The notes beneath the pieces were generated by a model, which was not told the origin of the DNA, searched no databases, and was given only the letters and a program-made list of their open reading frames with translations. A stretch of DNA of 32,000 bases, taken from the NCBI GenBank assembly GCA_964536865.1, contig CAZHYN010000002.1, positions 97,772 to 129,771 on the forward strand, in the 5' to 3' direction. Below are positions 9,332 to 18,155 of this stretch, one piece after another. Source of the DNA: an uncultured Planctomycetia bacterium (GTDB taxonomy: Bacteria > Omnitrophota > Gorgyraeia > Duberdicusellales > 4484-171). The stretch's first letter is position 1, and every line of letters starts with the position of its first letter. The position numbers and the translations under genes were made by a program.

Positions 9332-10209
9332 GCTCTGGGATGTGCTCTTTGATAAACTTTTTTCAAACTTTCAATAGAAAGGTGGGTATATACCTGAGTG
9401 GTAGAGATACTCGCGTGCCCTAAGAGTTCCTGAACACTTCGTAAGTCCGCTCCTCGATTCAAAAGATGAGTAGCAAATGAGTGTCTAAAGGTATGGGGAG
9501 AAACTTTTAAACTTAAAGCGGCTTTTCTTATATACCTATCTACTATCAATCTAAATGCTCTCTCACTAAGCTTAGTCCCTCTTCTATTTATAAAAAGGTA
9601 AGGATTGCTGTCTTTGCGCGACTTAAGGTAGTTTCTTATTGCTAAGATAGCTGGTTCTCCCAAAGGAAGAAGACGTTCTTTTCTCCCTTTTCCTTTTACC
9701 TTGACAATCCCTCCTAATAAGTCTACATCCTCTATTTTAAGAGAAGCTGCTTCAGAAACTCTTGCTCCGGTGGAGTAAAGAAATTCCAGAATTGCTTTAT
9801 CCCTCAAACTGATGAAGGTATCTCCTCCTGGCATATTTAAGATTTTTGCTACTTCCTCCTCAGTAAGAAACTTTGGGAGTGGCTTTTCTAACTTAGGATA
9901 AATTAGGGCAGTTGCAGGATTACTTTTTATAATTCCTTCTCTATAGAGAAATTTGAAGAAACTCTTCAAAGTAGAGATTTTCCTCGAGATACTTCTCCTA
10001 CTAAGGTCTCTGGTAGCTAAATTGCCTAAAAATTTTCTTAGAGTAAAGTAATCTATCTCTTTTATATCTCTATTCTGGCAATGTTTCTGTAAGAAATCTC
10101 CAAACTCCTGGAGATCACGGAGATAATTAGAAATAGTATGATGAGAATAATTCCTCTCCATTTTCAAGTAAGAGATAAACTTATTAAGGTAATAAGAAAA
10201 TAGATTCAT
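9328..10209 (-). CDS. xerC: Tyrosine site-specific recombinase XerC/XerD family
   Basis: 293 aa. SAM-like N-domain, catalytic residues in GARVSEA, HTFRHSFATHLL and GHASISTTQVYTH. The position after dprA-topA matches the widespread dprA-topA-xerC(codV) synteny. The XerC versus XerD assignment is not resolved. Confidence 0.85.
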   Translation of the reverse strand: MNLFSYYLNKFISYLKMERNYSHHTISNYLRDLQEFGDFLQKHCQNRDIKEIDYFTLRKFLGNLATRDLSRRSISRKISTLKSFFKFLYREGIIKSNPATALIYPKLEKPLPKFLTEEEVAKILNMPGGDTFISLRDKAILEFLYSTGARVSEAASLKIEDVDLLGGIVKVKGKGRKERLLPLGEPAILAIRNYLKSRKDSNPYLFINRRGTKLSERAFRLIVDRYIRKAALSLKVSPHTFRHSFATHLLNRGADLRSVQELLGHASISTTQVYTHLSIESLKKVYQRAHPRA

Positions 10210-10210
10210 A

Positions 10211-12151
10211 TTAACTTTGAGGCAACCTTTTTGTAGTATACCTACATTTGGGAAATCGTGAGCATCCGTAAAAGAAATAACCTTTTTTATTCCTTCTCTC
10301 TATAAGAACTCCCTCTTTACATTCTGGACAACTTACTCCTGTATCTATACTTTTAGCATACTTGCATTGGGGAAATCGAGAGCAACTTAAGAATTTACCC
10401 CTTCTTGACCATTTTACCACAAGAAAGCTTCCACATTTAGGACATCTTTCTTTAGTAACCTCCTGATGCTTTTTTATTGCCTGAGTAGCCTTTACTACCC
10501 TATCTCTAAATGAAGGATAAAATTCTTCTAAGATTCTTATCCCTTCTAACTTTCCTTCTTCCACTGCATCAAGCTTCTCCTCCATCTTAGCAGTAAAACT
10601 CTCATCCATAATTTCAGGGAAATACTCCATAAGTAAATCACATACTTTAATCCCCAACTCCCGAGGAACAAAATACCCTCTCTCTCTCCTGATATAATTC
10701 CTTTTAATTAAAGTAGAAATTGTAGGAGCGTAGGTAGAAGGTCTACCAATACCTTTTTCTTCCAGGAGCTTTACTAAAGAAGCATCGGTAAATCTAGCAG
10801 GAGGTTTGGTCTTATGTTCCACTACTCTACAATCGGACAAAATAAGCTGCTCTTCCTCTCTTAAAGGAGGAAGAATGGCCTCTTCATCTCTTCCTGTAAC
10901 TTTTTGATAGCCATCGAATATTATCTTTTTCCCTTCCAATAAAAACTCTGCTTTACCATCTTGAGAAGTTATCTCTACCTTAGTAGTTCTAAGTATTGCT
11001 TCCTTCATAAAGGAAGCTAGGAACCTCTGCCATATAAGTTCATATAGTTTCCCTAAATCAAGAGAAACGTACTTCTTTAACTCCTCAGGAGTTAAAGAAA
11101 CATCTGTAGGCCTTATTGCTTCGTGAGCGCCTTGGGTTTGTTTTCTCTCCTTATACTTCCGCTCCTTAAGAAATAGATAATCTGAACCATAAACTTTTCT
11201 AATGTAATCTCTTACCTCTCTCTTTGCCTTCTCTGAAACAGTGTAAGAATCAGTTCTCATATAGGTAATGACTCCTACCATCTTATCAGCAATTTCCACT
11301 CCTTCGTATAACTTCTGAGCTAAAATCATAGTCTTTTGGGAAGAAAACCTAAATTTGTTAAATGCCTCCTGCTGCAGAGAAGAAGTAATAAAAGGAGGAG
11401 GGGGTCTCTTTCTATAATCTCTTTCTTTAATACTTCTTACAAAAAAATTCTTACCTTTTATCTCTTCTATTACTTCTTTGGCTTCCTCTTTTTTAGAGAA
11501 AGGAGCCTTCTTAGTCCCAAATCTCATAAGCTTTGATTTAAAACTCTTGCCCTCTATAGTAAAATTACCTTCTACTCCGTAACTAAACTGAGGAGTAAAA
11601 CTTTCAATTTCCCTTTCTCTCTCTACAATAAACTTTAAAGCTACCGATTGAACTCTCCCTGCAGAAAGTCCTCTTACAATCTTCTTCCAAAGAAGAGGAG
11701 AAAGAAAGTAACCTACGATTCTATCTAAAATTCTTCTTGCCTTCTGAGCATTAACTTTATTCATATCTATATCTTGAGGAGAGGTGAAAGCCTCCTTTAT
11801 CGCATCCTCAGTTATCTCATGAAATATTACTCTAAGAAAGGCCTTACCGTATCTAGCTAATTTATTCTTTATATGCCATCCAATAGCTTCTCCTTCTCTA
11901 TCCGGGTCTGTAGCTAAGTAGATAGCTTCTTTGCCCTTAGCTTTTTCCCTTAAAAGTTTAATGATTTTCTCTTTCCCCGGAATAGTTCTATAATAAGGAA
12001 GAAAACCTTTTTTTATACTCACCCCTAAACTGTTAGGAGGTAAATCTACTACATGCCCCATAGAGGAAGTTACCTCAAAATCTTTTCCCAAAATTTTAGA
12101 AATAGTTTTAGCCTTAGTAGGAGATTCTACAACAACCAAATACCTACCCAT
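10211..12151 (-). CDS. topA: DNA topoisomerase I
   Basis: 646 aa. Toprim start VVESPTKAKTI, active-site Tyr region ITYMRTDS, and two C-terminal C4 zinc ribbons (CPKCGS...CSRFPQC; CPECKEG...CSRFPKC). Confidence 0.95.
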   Translation of the reverse strand: MGRYLVVVESPTKAKTISKILGKDFEVTSSMGHVVDLPPNSLGVSIKKGFLPYYRTIPGKEKIIKLLREKAKGKEAIYLATDPDREGEAIGWHIKNKLARYGKAFLRVIFHEITEDAIKEAFTSPQDIDMNKVNAQKARRILDRIVGYFLSPLLWKKIVRGLSAGRVQSVALKFIVEREREIESFTPQFSYGVEGNFTIEGKSFKSKLMRFGTKKAPFSKKEEAKEVIEEIKGKNFFVRSIKERDYRKRPPPPFITSSLQQEAFNKFRFSSQKTMILAQKLYEGVEIADKMVGVITYMRTDSYTVSEKAKREVRDYIRKVYGSDYLFLKERKYKERKQTQGAHEAIRPTDVSLTPEELKKYVSLDLGKLYELIWQRFLASFMKEAILRTTKVEITSQDGKAEFLLEGKKIIFDGYQKVTGRDEEAILPPLREEEQLILSDCRVVEHKTKPPARFTDASLVKLLEEKGIGRPSTYAPTISTLIKRNYIRRERGYFVPRELGIKVCDLLMEYFPEIMDESFTAKMEEKLDAVEEGKLEGIRILEEFYPSFRDRVVKATQAIKKHQEVTKERCPKCGSFLVVKWSRRGKFLSCSRFPQCKYAKSIDTGVSCPECKEGVLIERRNKKGYFFYGCSRFPKCRYTTKRLPQS

Positions 12152-12152
12152 A

Positions 12153-13235
12153 CTAAAGATTTACGGTTCTTACAAAATGTAAAGGAGTTCTTTCCTTTAT
12201 TAATCCCTTTAGGCGCAAACTGACCACAGTCTTGTTTACCATATCAAAACTTAAGCCAGTCTTTAAAATAAGTTCCTCTAAGTGAGTTCCTTTTTCTGAA
12301 ATAGCTTCTAACGTCCTTCTCTCCTGAGGAGAAAGAGATAATCCCCTTTTGCCTTTGTGAGCTTCTATCTCTATATCTAAGTTTAGTTCTTCTAAGATAT
12401 CTTCTATACCCTCCACTAACTTTGCTCCTTCTCTTATAAGAAAATTAGTCCCTTTACTCAAAGGAGAATTAGCCTGCCCGGGAAGAGCAAAGACCTCACG
12501 ATTCTGTTCACAGGCGTAGCGAGCAGTAATTAAAGCCCCGCTCTTAGCAGAGGCTTCAACTACCAGTACCCCCTTAGAAAGTCCACTTATTATCCTATTA
12601 CGCCGGGGAAAATTCTCTCTTAACGGTGGCTCAAAGAGAGAGAATTCACTAACTAAAGCTCCTTCTTCTGAAATCTTGTAAGCTAACTTCCTGTTCTCTT
12701 TAGGATAGAGATTAAGAAGACCACTTCCTAATACAGCAACCGTTTTCCCTCCTCTTAAGGCAGATCTGTGAACCTGAGTATCTATTCCTCGAGCTAAACC
12801 AGAAACAACTACTATCCCTAAAGAGGCGAGACCAAAAGAAAACCTTTCTGCCATACTCAAACCGTAAACAGTAGGTATCCTACTTCCTACAATAGCAAAA
12901 CATATTTGACTTAATACCTCTCTTTCTCCTTTAACGTAGAGGACAGGGGGAGCAAAAACTATCTCTTTAAGAAGAGGGGGATAATCTTGAGAAAAAATAT
13001 CTATAATCTCTATCCCTTCTTTTTCTGCAATCTCTAATTCCTTCTCTATCTGGAATGAGTTCTTTACTGAGAAAAACTTTTCTATCTCATAATCTTTAAA
13101 GTGTAGCTTCTCTCTTAGAGATCCGCTACCCATTTTTAGAATTTCATCAGGGTCAGCAAAAATAGAAACTGCTCTTTGAATCTTTTGAGGCGATATCTTT
13201 ATGTGATTAAGCAGAAGGAGTGATTTTTTTATCAT
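12153..13235 (-). CDS. dprA: DNA processing protein A (Smf)
   Basis: 360 aa. Rossmann-like core GLARGIDTQVHRSALRGGKTVAVLGSGL and FPRRNRIISGLS, plus a C-terminal winged-helix-like tail. The annotated start overlaps aroK by 29 nt, so the exact start is uncertain. Confidence 0.9.
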   Translation of the reverse strand: MIKKSLLLLNHIKISPQKIQRAVSIFADPDEILKMGSGSLREKLHFKDYEIEKFFSVKNSFQIEKELEIAEKEGIEIIDIFSQDYPPLLKEIVFAPPVLYVKGEREVLSQICFAIVGSRIPTVYGLSMAERFSFGLASLGIVVVSGLARGIDTQVHRSALRGGKTVAVLGSGLLNLYPKENRKLAYKISEEGALVSEFSLFEPPLRENFPRRNRIISGLSKGVLVVEASAKSGALITARYACEQNREVFALPGQANSPLSKGTNFLIREGAKLVEGIEDILEELNLDIEIEAHKGKRGLSLSPQERRTLEAISEKGTHLEELILKTGLSFDMVNKTVVSLRLKGLIKERTPLHFVRTVNL

Positions 13236-13737
13236 CTTTTAGAATCTCCATAATCTTATCCACCACTTGAGAGGGATTTAAACCAGAAGTATCTACTCTT
13301 AAGGGAACCTGGTGATAAAAAGGAGAACGATAAGCAAGAAGCTCCTCTATCTTTTTCTTAGGGTCAGCTACATTGAGAAGAGGACGATGCGTGTAACTTT
13401 TCGTCCTTTCATAGATTACCTCAACACTGGCTTCAAGACATACAGGTATTCCTGTAGCTTTAAGAATTTGTAAATTCTCTCTATCGATTACTATCCCTCC
13501 TCCACAGCTTACCACTAAATTTTTTCTCTCAGCAATTTCTTTTAAAACTTCTTTTTCAACTTTTCTAAAATAACTCTCTCCATATAAGGAAAATATGTCT
13601 ACAATTTTTTTGTTCTCTTTCTTTTCTATCTCTTCATCCATCTCTATAAATTCTCTATTTAGCCTTTTAGCTAAAAGCTTACCCACAGTGGTTTTGCCTG
13701 TTCCCATAAATCCTACGATATATATGTTCTTATCCAT
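13207..13737 (-). CDS. aroK: Shikimate kinase
   Basis: 176 aa. Walker A GFMGTGKTTVGKLLA, shikimate-binding SCGGG, and typical length. Confidence 0.9.
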   Translation of the reverse strand: MDKNIYIVGFMGTGKTTVGKLLAKRLNREFIEMDEEIEKKENKKIVDIFSLYGESYFRKVEKEVLKEIAERKNLVVSCGGGIVIDRENLQILKATGIPVCLEASVEVIYERTKSYTHRPLLNVADPKKKIEELLAYRSPFYHQVPLRVDTSGLNPSQVVDKIMEILKDDKKITPSA

Positions 13738-13745
13738 TTTCTCAA

Positions 13746-13774
13746 AATTTATACTACAAATGGCGATTTGTCAA
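13746..13774 (-). promoter_or_regulatory. Candidate sigma70-type promoter for the aroK operon (possibly giving a leaderless transcript)
   Basis: On the minus strand there is a perfect TTGACA (13774-13769), then either TATAAA (13753-13748, 15-nt spacer) or TAAATT (13751-13746, 17-nt spacer). The -10 element ends 8-10 nt before the aroK ATG (13737) and no Shine-Dalgarno sequence lies between them. Confidence 0.35.
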
Positions 13775-13787
13775 CTCTTAAGTAAAA

Positions 13788-13851
13788 CCCGAACCACGGG
13801 CTTACCCTCGCCCTTTCAAGGAAAGGGCGAGGTGGCTTTCTGTGGTTCGGG
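13788..13851. other. 64-nt GC-rich nested inverted repeat (outer 10-bp stem, inner 12-bp stem) between divergent promoters
   Basis: The outer arm CCCGAACCAC (13788-13797) pairs perfectly with GTGGTTCGGG (13842-13851). The inner arm CCTCGCCCTTTC (13806-13817) pairs perfectly with GAAAGGGCGAGG (13821-13832) around a 3-nt loop. Its local G+C is far above the surrounding DNA. Confidence 0.6.
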
Positions 13852-13876
13852 GTAAATACTTCAATATATATTTTAC

Positions 13877-13905
13877 TTGAAGAGAGAGTAAAGAGATGAT
13901 AAGAT
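13877..13905 (+). promoter_or_regulatory. Candidate sigma70-type promoter for the cheC / receiver-GGDEF pair
   Basis: TTGAAG (13877-13882), a 17-nt spacer, then TAAGAT (13900-13905). It is followed by the SD GGGAGGAGG and the ATG at 13928. Confidence 0.3.
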
Positions 13906-13927
13906 TGAGAAGAAAGGGAGGAGGATT

Positions 13928-14551
13928 ATGAAAGACGAAATGGATATCTTAAAAGAAGTAGGAAACACCGCTGCTGCTCATGGTAGTATTGCTCTCTCAG
14001 AAATCTTAGGGAAAAAAATCAAACTTCATCTTCCTGTTGTAGACATAATTCCTTGCAAGAATATAGGAAAAGCAATGCCTCAGGAAGGAATGAGTATAAC
14101 TCTACAAACTCAACTCTTAAGTGGTTTAGATGGGAAAGTTGTTTTTATTTTGGAGGAAAAGCAAGCCTACAAACTTATCGATATATGCTATACAGGGGGA
14201 GAGATCAAAAAAACTGGAATATTTACGGAAATGGGAATGAGTCTAATAAAAGAAGTAGGAAATGTAGTTATTGCTAGTTACATAAGTGCTTTAGGGTTCT
14301 TTCTAAGAAAATTAATTGTTCCCTCTCTACCTATACTTATAAATGCTCCACTCCAAGAGATTATAAAACTTGTAGTTGCCGGTTACGGGGAACATGACTA
14401 CGTATTGGTAGTAGAGAGTATCTTTGAAGAGTCAGAAACTAAAATAAAAGGGACTTTCTGGCTCCTTCTTGCTCCTGATTCTGTAAAGCAGATAAAGGAA
14501 GCTTGTAAGAAGCTGTTAGAAGAAGTAGGTAAAAATGATGGAGGAAACTAG
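13928..14551 (+). CDS. cheC: CheC-family CheY-P phosphatase with both active sites intact
   Basis: 207 aa. Two complete [DS]-x3-E-x2-N-x22-P motifs are present: D6-E10-N13-P36 (DILKEVGN...HLP) and SLIKEVGN followed by 22 residues and then P. Confidence 0.85.
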   Translation: MKDEMDILKEVGNTAAAHGSIALSEILGKKIKLHLPVVDIIPCKNIGKAMPQEGMSITLQTQLLSGLDGKVVFILEEKQAYKLIDICYTGGEIKKTGIFTEMGMSLIKEVGNVVIASYISALGFFLRKLIVPSLPILINAPLQEIIKLVVAGYGEHDYVLVVESIFEESETKIKGTFWLLLAPDSVKQIKEACKKLLEEVGKNDGGN

Positions 14552-15467
14552 TAACATCTTAATCTTTACTCCGGATTCCGAACTAAAGGAGTATATCCAA
14601 AAACTTATCAAAGGAGAAGGTTATGAGGTGGATGAAGTCAATCAATTAGAGATGCTTCAGGAGAAGCTATCTCAAGAGAAAGTGGGACTTCTTCTCATTG
14701 ATTCCATGGGAAGCAGTACCATAGATATATGTAAAAAAGTAAGATCTGATTTTACGTTACGCCATATTCCTATAATTGTAATAGTGGAAAAGGAAAGTAC
14801 TATAGAAAAGATAAAAGTTATTTATGCGGGAGCTGACGACTATGTAGAAAAACCTATTAATGCAGGAGAGTTGCTTATACGGATAAAAGCAAACCTTTGG
14901 CGAGCTAACCGTGACTTAGATGCCAATCCTTTAACCAAACTTCCTGGTAATGTTTCTATATTTAGGGAGTTAGAAAAGAGACTAAGAAACAAAGAATTTT
15001 TCTGTGTAGGATATGCGGATTTAGATAAGTTTAAAGAATACAACGACTACTATGGATTTGAGTGGGGAGACAAAGTAATAAAACATACAGCTAAAATTTT
15101 AACTAATGCTCTAAAAGAAGCAGGTTCACCCAACGATTTTCTTGGACATATAGGAGGTGACGATTTCATCTTTATTACCGGCTGGGAAAGTATTAATAAT
15201 GTATGCGAAAATATCATAGAGAACTTCGATAAAACTATTCCTTCCTTCTATAAAGAGGAAGATTTAAAAAAGAGATATATTATTGTAAAAAACCGTTTAG
15301 GGAAAGTAACTTCTGTCCCTATACTCACAATCTCCATTGGAGTAGCTACTAATGAAAAGAGATCTTTAGCTCACGTGGGTCAAATAATTCAAATAGCTAC
15401 GGAATTAAAAACCTACGCTAAAACTTTTTCTAAGAGCTTGTATATAATCGATCGTCGAAGAGGTTAA
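14535..15467 (+). CDS. Response-regulator receiver (atypical) fused to a GGDEF-family domain with a GGDDF motif
   Basis: 310 aa. The REC fold has LLLID (phospho-Asp position) and YVEKP (Lys), but FTPD replaces the DD acidic pair and IVIVE replaces the conserved Thr/Ser position. The GGDEF domain has [26 protein letters not shown] and HIGGDDF. SPND sits in place of the RxxD I-site. Overlaps cheC by 17 nt. Confidence 0.85.
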   Translation: MMEETSNILIFTPDSELKEYIQKLIKGEGYEVDEVNQLEMLQEKLSQEKVGLLLIDSMGSSTIDICKKVRSDFTLRHIPIIVIVEKESTIEKIKVIYAGADDYVEKPINAGELLIRIKANLWRANRDLDANPLTKLPGNVSIFRELEKRLRNKEFFCVGYADLDKFKEYNDYYGFEWGDKVIKHTAKILTNALKEAGSPNDFLGHIGGDDFIFITGWESINNVCENIIENFDKTIPSFYKEEDLKKRYIIVKNRLGKVTSVPILTISIGVATNEKRSLAHVGQIIQIATELKTYAKTFSKSLYIIDRRRG

Positions 15468-17086
15468 CTACCTTCAAACTTAAATTTCTTCATTAACTCT
15501 TCCACTGACTTCGCTAGTTCACTTAGCTGCTGTGCTGAACTGACCATCTCTTCCATAGAGGTAGTCTGCTCCTGGATAGAAGCACTAGCTTCTTCTACTC
15601 CTGCAGATGTCCCTTCAATGATAGAGGCTACCTCCTCTACTGCCTTTACTCCTTCTTCAGTTCGAGCAAGCTGCTCAGATATGACTTTTACTATCTGCTG
15701 AGCCATAGTATTGGCTTCATTTACCGAAGAAATCACTTCCTTTAAAGTATTTCTTACCTCTATTACTACGTTTCTTCCTTCAGTTACTTCTTTGGAACCA
15801 ATCTCTATAGAAGAAATCGCTTTACCTATATCTTCCTGAATACTCTTTATCAAACCACCAATACGGCTAGCAGCTTGAGCAGAATTTTCTGCTAACTTTC
15901 TTATCTCATCAGCAACTACACCAAAACCTCTTCCTGCTTCTCCAGCACGTGCTGCTTCAATGGCAGCATTCAAGGATAAAAGATTAGTTTGGTCAGCAAT
16001 ATTAGTAATGGTAACAGTGATCTCTCCAATCTGTTGAGACCTTTCCTCTAAGATACGCATAACCTCCACGTTTTTATTTACCGTATCAAATACTCTATCC
16101 ATTTTTTCTGATAAAGTGGGAATTTTCTCTCCACTTAAATTTACTTGAGAAGCTGCAGAAGCAGAAACATCAGCGGTGTTTTTTGCCTTATCACCAACTT
16201 CTCTTAAGGATACATTAACCTCTCCCATAATCCTAGATACATTTTCCACCTTAACTGTCTGGTCAGTAACGCCCTTGGAGAGTTGAGCCATGGCAGCACT
16301 TATCTGCTGTATAACTTCACTCATCTGATGAGTTATATCTACAAACTGATGAGACGTCTCACTAATCTTTCTCCCCACTCTGCTGATTTCTAAAAGCGTG
16401 CCTTTCCAGAAAGAAACTATCTTATTTAGAATGTTATTCAGTTTCCCTACTTTCTCTATACTTTTCTCTATTTCCTTAGGAAATCTTCCCTCTGCTATCT
16501 CTTCAAAGATAGAAACGAAACGATCAATAGGATGAAAAAGACGAGCAGAGAGGAATTTTACTAAAAAGAAAACTAACACCACTCCTGCCAAGAGAGGAAT
16601 CACAATAGTAGTTGCTACCTTAGAAACTGCTTTTGTTACTATCTTAGAATTTTTGACTAAGGAGAGGAATCCCAATAGCTTACCTTCTTCGTCCTTTATA
16701 GGATGAAGAACACCAATCACTCTGTAGCCTAAGAGTTTCTCTATCCTCTCCTTATCTAGTTTGTTAATATCTATACTCTTATCTAACAATTTTGGGCTGC
16801 TACTAATTTCCACTCTTCCTTTCCTATCAGTAACAGCAACTACAAAATTCTGTAAAGTTTTGCTAAAAACTTTCAGGCTATCCTCTATTCCAGACTTACC
16901 CTCCTTAACCCACCTATTACTTACCGCAGCCTCTAAAACTTTTGCTAAATTCTTTAAAGCTTCTCCTTCTCGACTATAAATAACACTCTTTTGGTAGAAA
17001 AAACTAACTACACCCATAATAAAGAAAAATATGCACAGAACAGTGGTAATCCAAATAGTAATTTTATCCTTCAAAAATTTTGGCAC
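15464..17086 (-). CDS. Methyl-accepting chemotaxis protein (two TM segments, small periplasmic sensor, HAMP, MA domain)
   Basis: 540 aa. Hydrophobic segments lie at ~10-30 and ~160-180. The signalling hairpin is highly conserved: [38 protein letters not shown]. Confidence 0.9.
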   Translation of the reverse strand: MPKFLKDKITIWITTVLCIFFFIMGVVSFFYQKSVIYSREGEALKNLAKVLEAAVSNRWVKEGKSGIEDSLKVFSKTLQNFVVAVTDRKGRVEISSSPKLLDKSIDINKLDKERIEKLLGYRVIGVLHPIKDEEGKLLGFLSLVKNSKIVTKAVSKVATTIVIPLLAGVVLVFFLVKFLSARLFHPIDRFVSIFEEIAEGRFPKEIEKSIEKVGKLNNILNKIVSFWKGTLLEISRVGRKISETSHQFVDITHQMSEVIQQISAAMAQLSKGVTDQTVKVENVSRIMGEVNVSLREVGDKAKNTADVSASAASQVNLSGEKIPTLSEKMDRVFDTVNKNVEVMRILEERSQQIGEITVTITNIADQTNLLSLNAAIEAARAGEAGRGFGVVADEIRKLAENSAQAASRIGGLIKSIQEDIGKAISSIEIGSKEVTEGRNVVIEVRNTLKEVISSVNEANTMAQQIVKVISEQLARTEEGVKAVEEVASIIEGTSAGVEEASASIQEQTTSMEEMVSSAQQLSELAKSVEELMKKFKFEGS

Positions 17087-17221
17087 CCCGCCCTCCTTGT
17101 TAACAACTTTTCTCGTTCATCAAAATTATATTTAAAAAAAGACGCACTCCCCCCTTTAAGGCAAAGTTTCAGGATAACACTTCCTTATCCAGAAAATTAG
17201 GCTTCTAAATTAACTAGGAAA

Positions 17222-17515
17222 TTAAGCTTCTAAAGGTAGTGTACTTACTTTCTCAAATTCAACTGCTACTTCCCACATCCCTTCCTTTTCCATCACTCTA
17301 CTAACTTTACCTCTAACAAAGAAAGAACCTATAGTGGGAAGAATTTTGAACTCTCCGTAGATAATCGAACCTATCTCCACAGGGCGAGAAAGGTTAATCT
17401 TCATTCCTCCTGCGCTAATATCAACGACCTTCCCTTCTTCTCTTACCCCCGCACAGGAAATAACTGCCTTCTCCTCCTCTACGTACCAACGATTAAATTT
17501 GCGTCTCTCTTCCAT
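17222..17515 (-). CDS. Stand-alone PilZ-domain protein (c-di-GMP binding motifs intact)
   Basis: 97 aa. RKFNR (RxxxR) at residues 5-9 and DISAGG (D-x-S-x-x-G) at residues 32-37, followed by a beta-barrel-like remainder. Confidence 0.85.
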   Translation of the reverse strand: MEERRKFNRWYVEEEKAVISCAGVREEGKVVDISAGGMKINLSRPVEIGSIIYGEFKILPTIGSFFVRGKVSRVMEKEGMWEVAVEFEKVSTLPLEA

Positions 17516-17531
17516 CTTTTATCCCTCCTTT

Positions 17532-18155
17532 CTATTCACCTTCTTTAACTCCTAAAGCCTTAAATAATTTCCTTAAAGATTCTAAATCAGGAAAAAATAA
17601 AAGGCAACCCCCAAAATCCATATCTCTTACTTTTAATTCTGTTCTTATAAAAATGGCTTCATCGCTATGCTGAGCTATATGGATGAAAAAAAAGTCCATT
17701 ATTGCTCCCACCATATCCATAGCTAATGAGGGGGTAGTATACATTATAGTAAAACCAGTCATATCAGAAAGAACATTCATATAAGCTCCTACTAAAATGT
17801 TAACCATTTCTCTCAAAGAGGAAAGGAACATGCCATCGTTAAGGTCTACTTCCTCAGGAGGTTTCCCTAACAGAGTGCTCCCTAGGATCTTACCCTCTTG
17901 AGGTGCTAAAAGAAAGAATACCCTACCAGAGATTTCTCCCTCTACCCCAATATCTAAAACAAAATATAAATCTTCCGGATTACCCAAAACTTTATGGAGA
18001 GACTCTAAAGGTACTAATTTTGTCTCAGGGAGAGTAATCTCTACTTTGCAATTAAGAAGCTCAGCTAAAGCAGTAGCGGATCTACCTGCTCCGATAGTCC
18101 CTACTTCTTTAAGAACATCTAACTGGTTCGAAGAAATTTTTTTAGTTTCATCCAT
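17532..18155 (-). CDS. CheC-family protein; first active site degenerate (N to T), second intact
   Basis: 207 aa. Site 1 reads D13-VLK-E17-VG-T20-x22-P43, with Thr in place of the catalytic Asn. Site 2 reads S-SLR-E-MV-N-x22-P and is intact. Confidence 0.85.
   Translation of the reverse strand: MDETKKISSNQLDVLKEVGTIGAGRSATALAELLNCKVEITLPETKLVPLESLHKVLGNPEDLYFVLDIGVEGEISGRVFFLLAPQEGKILGSTLLGKPPEEVDLNDGMFLSSLREMVNILVGAYMNVLSDMTGFTIMYTTPSLAMDMVGAIMDFFFIHIAQHSDEAIFIRTELKVRDMDFGGCLLFFPDLESLRKLFKALGVKEGE

Noticed and set aside
13788-13851. Whether the GC-rich hairpin is a known RNA (SRP/4.5S, tmRNA, RNase P, tRNA fragment)
   Set aside because: There is no conserved SRP domain IV motif, no tmRNA or RNase P signature sequence and no cloverleaf. 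GGTTCGGGG resembles a T-arm only superficially. It is kept as an unexplained structure in the findings.
17087-17221. Possible terminator or promoter in the 135-bp pilZ to mcp gap: hairpin GGATAA/TTATCC at 17172-17190, a T7 run and TATAAT at 17130-17125 on the minus strand
   Set aside because: The hairpin is only 6 bp, AT-rich, and not adjacent to the T-run. The TATAAT box has no recognisable -35 (GGGGGA at the 17-nt spacing). Neither a terminator nor a promoter can be supported from sequence alone.
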